64,000 nucleotides of DNA from Octopus bimaculoides (lineage: Eukaryota), in NCBI RefSeq assembly GCF_001194135.2, contig NC_069001.1, positions 18,899,401 to 18,963,400 of the forward strand. Reading direction: 5' to 3'. The notes under the pieces are model-generated. The model saw only the letters and a list, made by a program, of their open reading frames with translations, made no database searches and was not told the origin of the DNA. The stretch's first letter is position 1. Every line of letters starts with the position of its first letter. Positions 11,426 to 25,039 of this stretch are shown here, in pieces. Made by a program: the position numbers and the translations under genes.

Positions 11426-13659
11426 GGTGATAGACATAATGTGTCCCCTGATTTAACGCCAAACACCTGTTCCCTGGCTACTGAGTTCACTCTGTTATTG
11501 AAATCAGGTTTCTGATTTTAGAATGCCTTTGTCTCTTCTTTCTTTATTTATGACAGTCACAAAGGCCTTGAGTTGGCTCACGGGTCTTGCTTTGACTCCT
11601 GAGTGATAAAAAAAAATTTTTAAATAGAAAATAAGAGACATATTTGCTGATGTAGTTCCATACACTCTAAAAATATAGATGATATAGTCATAGCTGGAGT
11701 GCTTTTGATTATGTTCTGAGTTGACCTGGACTTAAACAACAACAACAACATCAAATATCTGGCCAAGTCACTTGATTTTCAACAATCAAGTCTAGTCAGT
11801 CCTAAGCAGTTATTTTTACTGCAGTGAGTCACAGAGACACATTTTCTCCAGATCCTGGCCCTGGTTCTCTGTGTTCCCTCTCTATGCCTTTTCTATGGCT
11901 ATTATAGTCTCCTCTTTTCCTTGAAAATGGTTAATCTTATATCACCATCACTCTCATTACCGAGATTTTTTCCTACCCTCACAGCTCTGACCTTGTACTA
12001 ACCCCTACATTTAGTCCTACTTCCCAGGAATGTTGTTACTTTTGAATATCTTCCACCCCACCTTGCTCATGTCTTTCCTGCAGATCAGTATCATGGTCTT
12101 GGAGGACTTGTGAAAGCCACGGAATGGCTCTTTCTTCTACATCAGTGATTGTGAAAAAAGTATTAGTGGTAGTAACTGGAAAATTGTTGAATGTTTGCTT
12201 TACTTGCCATCAAAATCCTGTATTCAAACTGTACTGGTGTTTTTATTCTACTTTTTTAAACCTTCATCTAAGATTAAATCATTAGTACCTAAGAAACAGA
12301 AACATATACCCTACCCACCAAGGCCTTTGGCACTGTGGTACTGGTGCAGAGGTAGATTCCTTGAAGTTTGAGGACAATGCTATCACATACATCCTTGTTC
12401 TAACACATAAAGCTTCTTGTTTCCTTATATTTTGACGATTCTATCTTGTGAAGGTTCATTATATTGAGATCTCTTTTTTTTTTGTTTTCTTTTTTCTTTT
12501 TTTAGGAGAGACAGATCTTCTTTATTGAGAGGCAGTGACTCAGGTGAGAGGCAGTGACTCAGAGGCTGTCTCAGTTTCTTTTCCAGTTAGTTACTCATGT
12601 CCAGCTATTTCTCTTCTTATAAATATTATTATTTTAATTAGGCCTTACCCATGTCTCCATCAGGAACGAGCTGACCCCCCCCCCCCCAGCTCACTATATT
12701 GCTGAAGAATAGATATTTCTGTTAAATCTAGTTATGTTGTCAATGTCTGAATAAGTTTCACACTGTTTTTTGTATGTCTTTTTTTTTTCACATTGAATGT
12801 GCTCTGTACAGATTACGTTCCACTCAGAATGTATTCCATTCAAACCATTTCCACACAATGTGCTCCACATCTCAGTATGTTTCATCCTGAGATATGTTCT
12901 ATTCACATTGAGTTGCCATTGATACCATTCCAAACAGTAAATGCTCTTTAAAAAAAAAAAAAAATCAAAAACTAGCGACAACACAGCAGCAAAGAAAACA
13001 GTGACAGTAACAGCAACAATAACAGCAGTAAGAACAATTACAACAACAGTCAGAGAAAGCAAAATAGAAATCATTAAAAATAACTGAAGCTTTCTATTGG
13101 CTACAGTTCAAATAGGTGATTTGATTATAAGCATGTCTGACATGTGTGTGTCTGTCTGTCTGCATGTGAGCACACACGTGTGCATCTAGCTATTTGTGTG
13201 TATATTTTGCCCATCTTTGTCCATTGATTATGTGATATTATGTGGATGTACGAGTTTCTCTCTCTCTCTCTTTTTCTTTCTCTTGCTTTTTCACATATGT
13301 GTGTTTGAATGTCTATATGTATGTGTTTGGGGATGTATATACATACCTATATATTCTTTGGTTTTTTTGTTTAAAATTTTTCACCAACAAAGAGCTGCTC
13401 TCCAACCCAGAAACAAGACCCCATCAGCTGAATTTTGACAACAGCATCTAGTTACTTAGTTGCATATTTGTATGTGTACATATGTACATGCATGCATGTC
13501 ATTACACTATCTGTATGCTTTGACCAATTGACACACACACACACACACACTGTCCCAATTTATTCTTTATACAGGTTTACACATTCTGTCCTGTTATCTC
13601 AGAACATGGCTGCCTGTGTTAAACCTTCTATATCGATGTAATTTCATTTTGTTTTCATC

Positions 13660-15280
13660 CTCAGGTCTGTCCTGTCCATGAAGTACATTGCATAATGTTT
13701 TTGCCATAACATCATGCCTTATAGATAAATAACATAAGAATATTCTTAGACTGCTATTAATGATGTAGCCCACATTTTCAGTGCTAATTCAACAGTCTCC
13801 ATCACTCAACACGCCTGGGTGTTTAATCTGCATCTGAGTATTTTGTTGGTATTTCCTGTTTCTGGTATGCTTAACTCTACCCTTCAAAGTGAGAGTTAAT
13901 ATACTGGTTGTTAGACCACCATGAATATATCAGTTACTGTTATTTTGAATTTATCTGTTGTGATCTTCTGTTCTGTTGTGGTACAGTCATACAACTTCCT
14001 TGAGTGTCCATCTTTCTGCAATACTTTCTGATGGAATACTTTCCTTTTCAACTCCCAGACTTGTTCCATGGCTACACTTTCATGCTTAATGGTTAGTATA
14101 TGTTGTCAAAGAGACGTGGTGTGACATTCAAAGACTATTTGAATTGATGTTTAAGACAAAGTCTCATCCCAGTACTGATTCAAGTATTTCATCCCAACAT
14201 GCTTTGTGAATGTCATAACTAGATCAAGGTAGTTCTTCATGTCTTTGTCACACACGTTCAGGTCATCCACAAAGAACATGTCAAGATGATGGTTCTGTCT
14301 TCATGTGAATCAATCATACACTCTACAATATAAGGAGTTCACTGCCAATATAAACATCATCACTCACAAGTTGTTCCCTTGAAATACATTCCTACAATAC
14401 TTTATCCTTTCAAAACTAAGGAGGTTCACAGTCAGTATTAACATCATCACATATACAAACTGTCTCCTTGAAATACCGGCAATATTTTATCCCATCAGAG
14501 ACAATATTACAATTATTTATTGTATTTTGCTTCCTATGGTGTGACCAAGACAAAAATGCCTATGGCTTTAATAATGGTATCTGGAACTTTAGCCTGTTAA
14601 AGGGTTTCTAATATCCATAACAGAAATACCTTCTTGTATTCCAGCCAGACAAAATCCCTTTTATGCTATTACACCGCTGATGTTACAATTTGGTTGATGA
14701 ATAGTTGTTCAATACATCACCAAACTCCTCTCTTTCCAGCTGTTTGTCTGTAATGTTATTTCAACTACCTCAGTGATACTGTATACCTTTTGTATGCTAG
14801 ATTCTGCCATTCTGTTGGTTTATAAGTGTTCTGCCAAGAACGATTTGTTTGGGTTTATAGAGAGACAATAGTTTTTTTCATAATTCTCGTAGCCACACTG
14901 CAATCTGATTAAATTCTTTTCGCCCCATCCAGATTTTACTCAATCTGGATCCATATTTTCTAAAGAAAGAGCCTTTGTGATTATTCTTTACTGTCAATTC
15001 ATCATTCTGTAAAATGTCAATTGATTTCCACTCAATTTCTGCTTAATTATTGATCGTTCATCTCTTCTGATGATGAATAGTTTTTCAGTTTTTTTGGTGA
15101 GGAGTGTAATTTGTTTGTTTGTATTTTTAATGAGTTTCCTGACATAGCTGGTTTCAAGCTCCATGATGGAAATTCTATTTTATTATTTTTGTCTTTAGTT
15201 ACTTTAGCAGCTTCAAGATTCTGCTTAGCAATTATGGAAAGGGAATACAGTCAGAAATATATTTTCTGAAATAAAAGGAC
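13660..15280 (-). mobile_element. Heavily decayed retroelement coding remnant (possibly gypsy integrase region)
   Basis: Only faint motifs (LGVEK, TDIF, MAESSIQKV) among many stops. Confidence 0.3.
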
Positions 15281-16371
15281 ATTACTCTTCTATAAAACTT
15301 CACAGTCACTATTAATTCAGTGAATCTTTCTTTCATCAGTACTAGCATATATAATTAATATTTTAATGGTACTTTTTAAAATTTATTAATTTTTTTCTGG
15401 AAAGGTTTCCTTAAGAATTTCAATTAGTTATATTCTCATCTCTGCCAGCTCATAAACCAGGTATTGTGGCTACAGCTATGATCACTGGTCTCTAGAGGTG
15501 TGAAGTAACATAGTGGGCAGTGGAGTTTGATCTCCTGTTACATGACATATCACACTTCCTGTTCCAAGAATATGTTTATTTACTGTTATTTCTGTGTTAT
15601 TCTTACTTTTATGAATAGGTAGTGGTTAAGTGTGTATTAGCATGTGGATGTCTTTGAAGTAAACAAATGAATGACATCGATTCATAGTTAAAATAATTTA
15701 TTCACTGAACTTAAATTTGGCGTTGGTACACATAATTCTTCACTACATGTAATTGTTGATAACTGCTACGAGGGTACATCTGTGGTACATCTGTGGAGGT
15801 GATATGTCAGAACTGAATATGTTTTTTTGTGTCTGTGTGTGTGTCAATCATCTGAGAAAGTAGTCTATCATGAACCTTTCTGTCTGCCAGTGTGTCATTG
15901 ACTGAAAGTCTGTCTGTCAAAGACTTTCTGTCTGTCTCTCTGTTGACCATGGTATTTTATAACTGCTGTGGCAGCTAGAAGGACAGATATACTGCAGCAG
16001 AGATTGCGCCTAAATAGGTCAGCTCCTGTCCATTTGAACTTTGCCTGACATGGCTGAGGCCGTAGGTCAAAGGGAGATGGTTTATCATTTTTTGACAGGA
16101 CAAAGGAAACCTTTTTTCATGCCTGTTAATTGTGGTGGTTTGGGCAAGCAAGAATTCTTAGATTTGGTTTCAAATCTAAGCTTGGAGAAGGAAGTGTTAG
16201 TTTTTACAAATAAATTTACCACCAACAAACCTAACCTCTCCCTGCAACCAAGAAATTGTTTTGTGGTGAAGTCCTTTAGGTCTAGATGTGATCCCTCTAC
16301 AATTTATATGTATGTGTGTGTGTGTGTGTGTATACATGTACTTGTATGCATGTGTTCTGTGTCATCACACT

Positions 16372-17390
16372 TGTTGTAATGGTACGAAACTAAGTGTACT
16401 TAGATTCACATTGTTAAATACGTTGTCACAGATAAAAGGGGGTAGCTATCACGTTATTGTATTGCCTGCATGACATAACATGGTGGCAGCAGTAAAACAA
16501 GATAAATATATCAAATCGAAACTAGTCGTATCACCAGCACATTCAAAAAACTCAAATCATTATCATTAGACATTGCTTAATGCTACCATTGTACCAGTAT
16601 TGTCAGTGAACGTGATGTGACACAAAACAAAAGAACAAGAAGGAAATGGATACACAGTGACAAACTACAAGAATACACACACACACACACACACAAACTA
16701 TTATGGAGGCATCGCTACAGATTTATATACAAGATTATTGTTATCATTTCGGCTAAATAGTGCGTGTTGTGCCATGTAAAATAACCAAATCATAGTGTTG
16801 TATTGCACAAGAAAAACAACAATAATATGACAACAGCTCGCATTCCCGAAATGCAGTGGCACACAGACAATGCAGCCCAGCAAATATTCAAACAAAACAT
16901 CATGTACTATTGTGAGGATGAGGAAATTACAGAGCCAAGGAAACTAGCCTTACAAATATTTAGAGGCATTGGAAATGAAGGACTCTAGTATTTAAATGCA
17001 TCTAGCTTATTAAATGCTGACAAGAAAAACCCAAATAAACTATGGGAATTGTTTGATGCACAAGTTAAGACAAATATCAATTTCAGAGTACATTGCCTTA
17101 AATTGATGGAATGTAGACAGCAGCATGATGAGACAATTGATGGTTTTGTCACAAGAACCCGAGCAATAGCAAAAAAATGTCAGTTTGAAGAAAAAGAGCT
17201 TAAACAATGGATCATAGAATTATTGATTGCTTCAACTCCCATGAAGCCTTCCAAAAGGAGCTGCTTGGAAAGGAGAAAAACTACAAACTTGAAGATGTCC
17301 AAACAGAGGATAGAAACAAGATTGAATGAAGGAGATATGGACTTTTCAGTTGCAGTGACAGCAGTCTGTTAAGTTCACTGATATATAAGT
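16372..17390 (+). mobile_element. Ty3/gypsy remnant: short 5' LTR (16372-16480), tRNA-Leu-like PBS, decayed gag
   Basis: TGTTGT...ATAACA directly followed by TGGTGGCAGCAGT. Gag-like LWELFDAQVKTNINFRVH..LM..RQQHDETIDGFVTR.RAIAKKCQF. Confidence 0.7.
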
Positions 17391-17514
17391 TGATACAAGG
17401 CTGAAGACTGGCAGTTTTTGTAAAAGAGAAACATAAGTTGGGTGTAGTGCCAGGGGAGAGGCAAATTGTTGCCTCCTTACCCAGGTCAACAGCCCTGACT
17501 GAACAAATTTTGGT

Positions 17515-17720
17515 GACTGATAGTCATCATATTCATCATTGTTTTAATGTTCATTTTTCCATGCTTGTATGAGTCAAATTGACATCGTTGAGGCTAACTC
17601 TTTGTGGGTAGATACTCCTCCTGTCATCAACTTTCACCTGCTCCCATGTATATTTCCCCCAAAGTCGGACGTTTTTCACAGACGATTGGCAACCAGTGAC
17701 ACTAGTTGCATAACACTGAT
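17515..17720 (-). mobile_element. RTE 3'-tail-derived short element
   Basis: Reverse complement of the (GAT)n-tailed RTE 3' end seen at 25040 and 61200. Confidence 0.5.
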
Positions 17721-18009
17721 ACTAGTTTGCAACTATGGTACATTGTCGAGACTAAGAGCCACACACACACATACACATACACACACAAGGCTATAGTAGA
17801 AGGAACTTACCCAAGGTGCTATGCAATGAGACTGAACCCCAAATCATATGCTTAGAAAGTGAACTTTTTAACTAAACAGCCATACCTGCACCTATCATCA
17901 ACATCATTGAACATCCTTTTTCAATATTAGCATCTGTGTGTGTGTGTGTGTGCATGATAGTAGTGTTTTAAATTCATCTGTTTTTAGGCCACCTCTTACA
18001 GTATTCAAG

Positions 18010-18385
18010 GATGCTTGCTTCCCAAGCACTTGGTTCTGGGTTCAGTCCTACTGCATAGAACCTTGGGCAAGTGTCTTCTATTATAGCCTTGGGCCAACTG
18101 AAGCCTTGTGAGTGAATATGGTAGATGGAAACTGAAAGAAACCTGTTGTATGTGTGTGTGCATGCATGTCTTTATGTTTGTGTTTGTCCCCCACCACTGC
18201 TTGACAACCAGTGTCAGTTTGTTTACATCCCCTATAACTTAGTGGTTCAGCAAAAAAAGACCAATAGAATAAATACCAAGCTTAAAGAAAATAAGAAGTT
18301 CTGGTGTTGATTCATTTGACTAAAAGTTCTTCAGGGCGGTGCCCCAGCATGGCCACAGTCTAATGACTGAAACAGATAAAAGATA
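18010..18385 (+). mobile_element. tRNA-derived SINE, family A
   Basis: Full body through GCGGTGCCCCAGCATGGCC...ATGACTGAAAC. Confidence 0.85.
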
Positions 18386-18646
18386 TATGTTGAGAGAGGG
18401 AGAAAGAAAGACATAGACGGTAAATAAACAGATAGACAAACTGACAGACGGACAAATCCACCTGAACCTGCCCAATGCAATCCAACTTCTTCTGAATAAA
18501 ATAATTAAGTAGTGCTCATTACTCATCTACAGATAGTCAGTGCTATGACTTTGTGTCTATATAGATTAAAGGAATCAGAAGAATGGGCTTCCAGTATTAC
18601 ACATTAATGTGGAATATTTACAACATGTTACTTCATGAAACATGTA

Positions 18647-19899
18647 CAAGAATTGGCTGAAAAGTTTGTAGGCTGACCAAAATACTCTCATGGAATGGGA
18701 CCAAATGAGATTTCTATTTCAGCATAGTCTCCCTAACAATCCACTTACTTCTTCCATTAGTGTTGCAGTGCTTGGATCCCATTGGTGAAGAAGCTTTCAT
18801 CCTGTTGGTCAAAATATTCATCAACAACAAATATGATGTCATCATCATTTCAATACTGGTTTCCAGCCAAGTATTTCTTCATGTTGGGAAAACATATGAT
18901 AGTTAAATGGGGCCAAATCAAGAAAATGGGGGAGGTGATCAACCAGTTCAAGCCACAATCATGCACAACAGCCTTTGAAACTAAGGAGTTGTGTGCTGGA
19001 GCATTGTCCTGATGAAACAAGATCCCCTTTCATCAGTTTTCCTGAGCATTTGGTCTTGGTAGCCTTTTATAACTGCCTCAGGAAGTTGGCATAGTGCTCT
19101 CCATTGACGTGTCTGTTTTAATAAAAACAGTACCTTTTACATCCCATAAAACTGAGACCATCAACTTCCCTACTAATGAAATGATCCTGGCCTTCTTTGG
19201 AGCAGGGGAACAAGGGTGTTTCCAATGCATAGATTGTCTCTGTCTGTGGCTCAAAATGATCAACCTAACACTCATCATGGGTTAGGAAATGTTCAAGGTG
19301 ATATGGTAGATCTGCTTCAAACAATGTCAGATTCTTTCATGATGTAATCAACCTGGTGTGCTTTTGATCATATGTCAGAAGATGTGGCACCCATTGAGCA
19401 GAAATGTTTGTCAAGTTCATTGTGAAGAATGTTCTCAACTCTATCATGGGATATGGTAATAGCATTGGCTATTTGATTTATAGTCACTTGCCTGTCATCC
19501 AGACAGTGAACATGATCAATGTTTTCCTCAGTGAAGGCAGTTGCAGGACATCCAGACCTTCAGTCATCTTCAAGACTCTCCCTTTCCCTCCTAAATCCAG
19601 CTGTTCACATTTGCACTGTTGATAAAGCTGGAGCCTCATCTAATGTAGCAACCATATCAGCATGAATGTCGTTGAGGGCCAAACCCTTTTTATAACCCTG
19701 CAATGCCAAATTTTGTGGATTTCCAAGAGAAGTCGTTACTAATTACTTTTGAAGTCTTCTTTGAACATTCAGACATCAGTTTACCTGGAAAAAACAATGC
19801 GGTTATTAATAAGTAGAGCTGAAATTAATGTATGCAAGATTTCACAGCTCTAGCATCACTCTGTCACTGTCAACCTATGAACTTTTCAGCCCATTCTCA
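18647..19899 (-). mobile_element. Mariner element, decayed, both ends recognisable
   Basis: TIR-like GAAT[T/G]GGCTGAAAAGTT at both ends; QSMHWKHPCSPAPKKA, VLWDVKG, DLAPFNYHMF. Confidence 0.85.
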
Positions 19900-19926
19900 G
19901 AGAGTATTGTCTGACTGCTCACCTTA

Positions 19927-21117
19927 TGAGGTACATTCAAAAAGTATCTGACTTTATTTTTTCCTGCCAAAACTAATGCCACCTGGGCAAAATCCTTCAG
20001 TTGGGAGGTGAAGCCACCTACACATGTGTGAAAATTTTTGTGCCAGTAGGCTACATCCTTTCCTGTCTGTTATGTCTAGAGTACAGACAGACATGTAGTG
20101 CACGCTCATTGAATTTTTGTTTTCATTGAATGCATCAAGCAGATATTGTATTATGTTTTGCCAAAAGCTTGGTGATACACATGCTCAAACCATCCGGAAA
20201 ATTCAGCAGGCTTTGGTGATAATGCTATGAGGAAAACTCAGATCAAGAAGTGGTACAACCAAACATGGCTGCACCTCAGTGGAGATAAAGGCAAACTCAG
20301 GCAGGCCATTCACAAGCCAAAATTTAAAATGTCTGGCAAATAGTCATGGAAGACTATTGTGTAACAATTCAGGTACTTGCTCACAAAATAGGAATAAGCA
20401 CAGCATCAGTGTGTTCTGTTTTATTAAAGGATTTGAGCATGCAGAAATTTGTTCCCAAGGTGCTGGCAGAGCAGCAGAATCACTGGTGATGAGACATGGG
20501 TTTATGATTACGATCTGGAAACCAAATTCCAGTCCTCCCAATGGAAGCACCCATCATCACCAAGGCGTAAAAAAGCATGATAAGTTCACAACAATGTGAA
20601 GATAATGTTGATTTGTTGCTTTACTTCCCATGGTATTGTACATCATGAACATGCACCACAAAGCAAAACAATGAATAATAACAAATAGTACATGGAGATT
20701 ATACATCATCTTTATGTGGGCAGTGAAGAATTGGCAACTTCACCACAACAATGCACTCACTCATTCTACCTACATAATCGAAACTTTCTTGGTCAAGAGT
20801 AACACACCACTTGTTTGACCGACTTTATACTCTCCCAACTTGGCACAAAGTGATTTTTGGATCTTCCCCAAACTGAAAACTACACTGAAAGGGAAGTGAT
20901 TTGAGTTGTAAGAGGAAATTATAAGAAAAGCAACAGTGGAATTTCATCTCACTCCAGAGCAGACGTTCCAAAAGTGTTATCAGCAATGAAAGAACTGCTG
21001 GGAGAAATGTGAGCACCTAAGGGGCGTATTTTGAAGGTGGTTAAATAAAATTTGTGAAAGGTACAAAATTGTTTTTTTTTTATGCCCAAAGGTCAGATAC
21101 CTTTTGAACGCACCTTG
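19927..21117 (+). mobile_element. Mariner element, decayed, TIRs and TA duplication
   Basis: About 27-bp TIRs (...TTCAAAA[A/G]GTATCTGAC) flanked by TA; YDYDLETKFQSSQWKHPSSP and helix-turn-helix remnants. Confidence 0.85.
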
Positions 21118-21829
21118 TATACACACACGCAAGCACACACACATATTATGTGTGAGAGAGAGAGTGTGTGTGTATATGCTTGTACTGTTATATACACCTG
21201 GTTATGGAATTTCCAATCAATTTCTTGAAGATGGACAGGGTTTCTAATATTTACACAGTGTCCCATATCAAGGTGTGAATCATTTAATCACTGACTTAGA
21301 TTTAATATCATGGGGTGGGGAATGAAAGTTGTTTTTCTTGTTTCATCTCTCCTCCATTCCCATCTCCTTTATTTACTAAATATAAGAATATATTTACATC
21401 TATGATGAGATGAGACCACCACCACCAAGTACTACAGCTGCCACCCAATACTACAATCATGTTTCTATATTTCACTGGAATGTTTTGTGGTCTAAAATTT
21501 ATGCCATTAACAACTTCTCTATTCCAGTGTAAACTCTTACTAGGTTAGTGTAGTGGAAGGGTGGGGCAAATTGTTGTTGTTTAGCCCCAGGTCAGTTACC
21601 CTCATTAAACAAATCTACGATCAAAGGCGTTTCACTCTTGACCTTCCTTTTTTTTTTTTAGGGATATTAGGACCTTGTTAACTCAAATGCTGGACTCAAA
21701 TTGACGAATGCCAGTCCTACCACAGATATTAATGAAATTGTTTGGCACTTCTTCTCCCAAATGTTTGGCAGATTCAAAAAGTTTAAAATCTTATATATAT
21801 ATAAATGGGAGATTCTGTCCGTTTCTTTG

Positions 21830-22260
21830 TCCAGTAAAATGAGAGTAAATGGTTCAGGGGAAGCTATTATGCTATTGCCTAATTTGTCGCAACAAAAATT
21901 ATGCTATGGTACAACCCTAATTGTGCACAAATTTATGAGGAACTGCATTGAGGCAAATATTCCCACTGGTTGTGGTAAAAGTGAGACTGTCTTCATTCCT
22001 CAAATAACAGTTATACTATCTAATGTTCCATTCCAATTTAAGTGGTTACAGTTTCCTATCCCACTTGCTTTTGCCATGAGTATTAATAAAACTCAGGACC
22101 AAACACTAAAAGTTGCTGGGTTGCAACTTGAAGTACCATGCTCTTCACATGGCCAACTTTGTGTAGGAGCATCACGTGTGGGAGCGAAAGCAAATCTTTT
22201 TCCCTATGCACCCTGAAATAAAACAAAAAACATTGTTTATAAAGAAATAGTCACTCTTGA
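21830..22260 (+). pseudogene. Helitron PIF1-type helicase C-terminal fragment
   Basis: LCYGTTLIV...VFIPQI...FQFKWLQFPIPLAFAMSINKTQDQTL...SHGQLCVGASRV matches Helitron RepHel helicase motifs V/VI. Confidence 0.9.
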
Positions 22261-25020
22261 TGCAACATGAATACTTCAATAACTTAACGTGTATGACATC
22301 GATCTTTTTTCTACTTCAGTTACATGTTTTCTCTTATAAAATGCACACATACAGGAGGAGTAAATCTAAACCTGTAGGGTGTTCCCCCCCCCCCAACCGT
22401 CTTTCAATTCTCCTCAGCCATACAGCCTATTCAAATGTCAAAAGAAACCGTGACAAATGGGTATTCTACTTGACCTGTGGCCTTTTCAGTGCCACCACAC
22501 AGTCATCTGCATTCCATAAAGCTATTCTTCTATATGATATAGCTATTTTTCTACCTTCATTCATGTTGAAACTGAATCTTTCAATTCTCCGTCTTCAATT
22601 ATTACATGTTTTTTTAAAAACCATGCTTTTCACATGGCCAACTTTATGCAGGTGCATCACGTGTGGGAGCAAAAACAAATATTTTTGCTTATGCATCCCA
22701 AATTAAAACAAAAAACATTGTTTATAAAGAAATATTCACTCTTAATGCAACATGAATACTTCAATAACTTAATTTGCCATTACTATCATTACATTCAAGA
22801 ATGACTAAATTACCTATTTAAATGAACCGTATTATATAATTGCCATTACTGTGTAGTAACGCCGTGTGCATGCGTAGTCTCACGCATGCGTAGAATTAAA
22901 CAACCAAGCGTTCCCGCTCAATTCATTCTCTTTCTTGCTAGCTAGCATAGGGCAATGGACGTGTCAAGAGTGTCTCTAACATTCGAACTCTGGAGACAAC
23001 CTCTTTACGTGTTAAGCTGTCTCTCTACATCTTTCGGACTTACGCTCGACAGCTCGCTCACACCTACATAACAACGTCCCAACAACAGAAGCTGTAACAA
23101 CAAGAATCAAAGATGTATAACCAACAAGAGCGGTTTTTATTCTCGCCTCTGTTAGAGTGGATTTTTCCACTCACGAAAAACAGACAGGAATTACGGCCTG
23201 CTTTTTATTATGTTCTTATATGTCGCATTCACACTCTCACATATACATACATATTTTATGCCACACAATAACTCCTGTTATTCATTTCATACGGTTGTTT
23301 TTTTTTCTATCGTCTCATTACTGGTATTTACGAATTCACTAATGTTCGTAGTATAACGTAATTACTTGTATATCATCTTTGATATATATTTTGGTTTCGA
23401 CCGTGTGACACGTTTATCGTCACCATTTCTCCCTTTTGAGTTCGCACGGTCGTTTTTTCATCTTGGGTTAAGAAAATATTTCTTCGAGGTTTTCGCTAAT
23501 GGTCGTACAGAGATTTGTCTGTCGATCGTTCTGTAAAAGCGTACCTCTTCAAACACTCATCACCAAACAGCCTTTTCGCCACCAGCGTTGTGCGCCAACC
23601 AAGATTACCACCGTNNNNNNNNNNNNNNNNNNNNNNNNNNNNNNNNNNNNNNNNNNNNNNNNNNNNNNNNNNNNNNNNNNNNNNNNNNNNNNNNNNNNNN
23701 NNNNNNNNNNNNNNNNNNNNNNNNNNNNNNNNNNNNNNNNNNNNNNNNNNNNNNNNNNNNNNNNNNNNNNNNNNNNNNNNNNNNNNNNNNNNNNNNNNNN
23801 NNNNNNNNNNNNNNNNNNNNNNNNNNNNNNNNNNNNNNNNNNNNNNNNNNNNNNNNNNNNNNNNNNNNNNNNNNNNNNNNNNNNNNNNNNNNNNNNNNNN
23901 NNNNNNNNNNNNNNNNNNNNNNNNNNNNNNNNNNNNNNNNNNNNNNNNNNNNNNNNNNNNNNNNNNNNNNNNNNNNNNNNNNNNNNNNNNNNNNNNNNNN
24001 NNNNNNNNNNNNNNNNNNNNNNNNNNNNNNNNNNNNNNNNNNNNNNNNNNNNNNNNNNNNNNNNNNNNNNNNNNNNNNNNNNNNNNNNNNNNNNNNNNNN
24101 NNNNGTTTCCGCACTGGCAAGGGAGCCCTGTAGTAACGCCGTGCGCATGCGTAGTCTCACGCATGCGTAGAATTAAACAACCAAGCGTTCCCGCTCAATT
24201 CATTCTCTTTCTTGCTAGCTAGCATAGGGCAATGGACGTGTCAAGAGTGTCTCTAACATTCGAACTCTGGAGACAACCTCTTTACGTGTTAAGCTGTCTC
24301 TCTACATCTTTCGGACTTACGCTCGACAGCTCACTCACACCTACATAACAACGTCCCAACAACAGAAGCTGTAACAACAAGAACTAAAGATGTATATATT
24401 TACCACATGAATAAATGTTGTTTAAGTTGATAGTCTGGAGTTCAGCGTTCCGTTATATTCTAATTTTATAGTAGGAAAGTCAGGTATACGTCTAAAGATG
24501 TATAACCCACATTCTACTAAAACTGTATTGATAAACAAAATAACACATACAACTCATTTATTATTGACATATAGTAAACAAACAGAAGTTCGTGTATGAA
24601 ATCCATCTTTTTTCTACTTCAATTATTACATGTTTTTCTCTTATGAAATACACACATACAGGAAGAGTAAATCTAAATCTGTAGTGGTAGTCAGATTCGA
24701 AACTTTATGTAGGAGCTTCACGTGTAGAAGCAAAAGCAAATCTTTTTGCTTATGCACCCCGAAATAAAACAAAAAACATTGTTTATAAAGAAATATTCAC
24801 TTTTAATGCAACATGAATACTTCAATAACTTAATTTGCCATTACTATCATTACATTCAAGAAAGAAATCAATCTTTTTTTCTATTTCAATTATTACATGT
24901 TTTTTTCTCTTATAAAATACACACATACGGCAGGTTCGTGTATGAAATTGATCTTTTTTCTACTTCAATTATTACATATGTTTCTCTTATAAAAACACAC
25001 ACATACAGAAAGAATAAATT
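22200..25020 (+). repeat. Reiterated Helitron helicase tail and 3' UTR modules
   Basis: AAAACAAAAAACATTGTTTATAAAGAAATA...AATACTTCAATAACTTAA occurs at about 22210, 22705 and 24765. The TTTTTCTACTTCAATTATTACATG module occurs at least 4 times. Confidence 0.8.
22852..24396 (+). repeat. 268-bp CpG-rich direct repeats (22852-23119 and 24129-24396), LTR-like, flanking a gapped interior
   Basis: Both start TGTAGTAAC; about 4 differences counted by eye. The interior is partly N. Confidence 0.65.
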
Positions 25021-25039
25021 ATATATATAATTATATATA

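Noticed and set aside
10846-12480. Minus-strand ORF fragments resembling LINE ORF1
   Set aside because: Too decayed to assign; no convincing zinc-knuckle or RT motif.
12506-12543. Exon-like 38-mer between a poly-T/AG acceptor and CAG|GTGAGA
   Set aside because: Not frame-preserving, overlaps a local 17-bp duplication, and lies in what looks like a decayed minus-strand retroelement region.
16041-16379. 112-aa ORF upstream of the gypsy LTR
   Set aside because: No recognisable motif, a non-ATG start, and it ends in a GT microsatellite.
23496-24222. Long ORFs spanning N-runs (also 6341-6652, 44185-44631, 59351-60032)
   Set aside because: Their length comes from assembly gaps.
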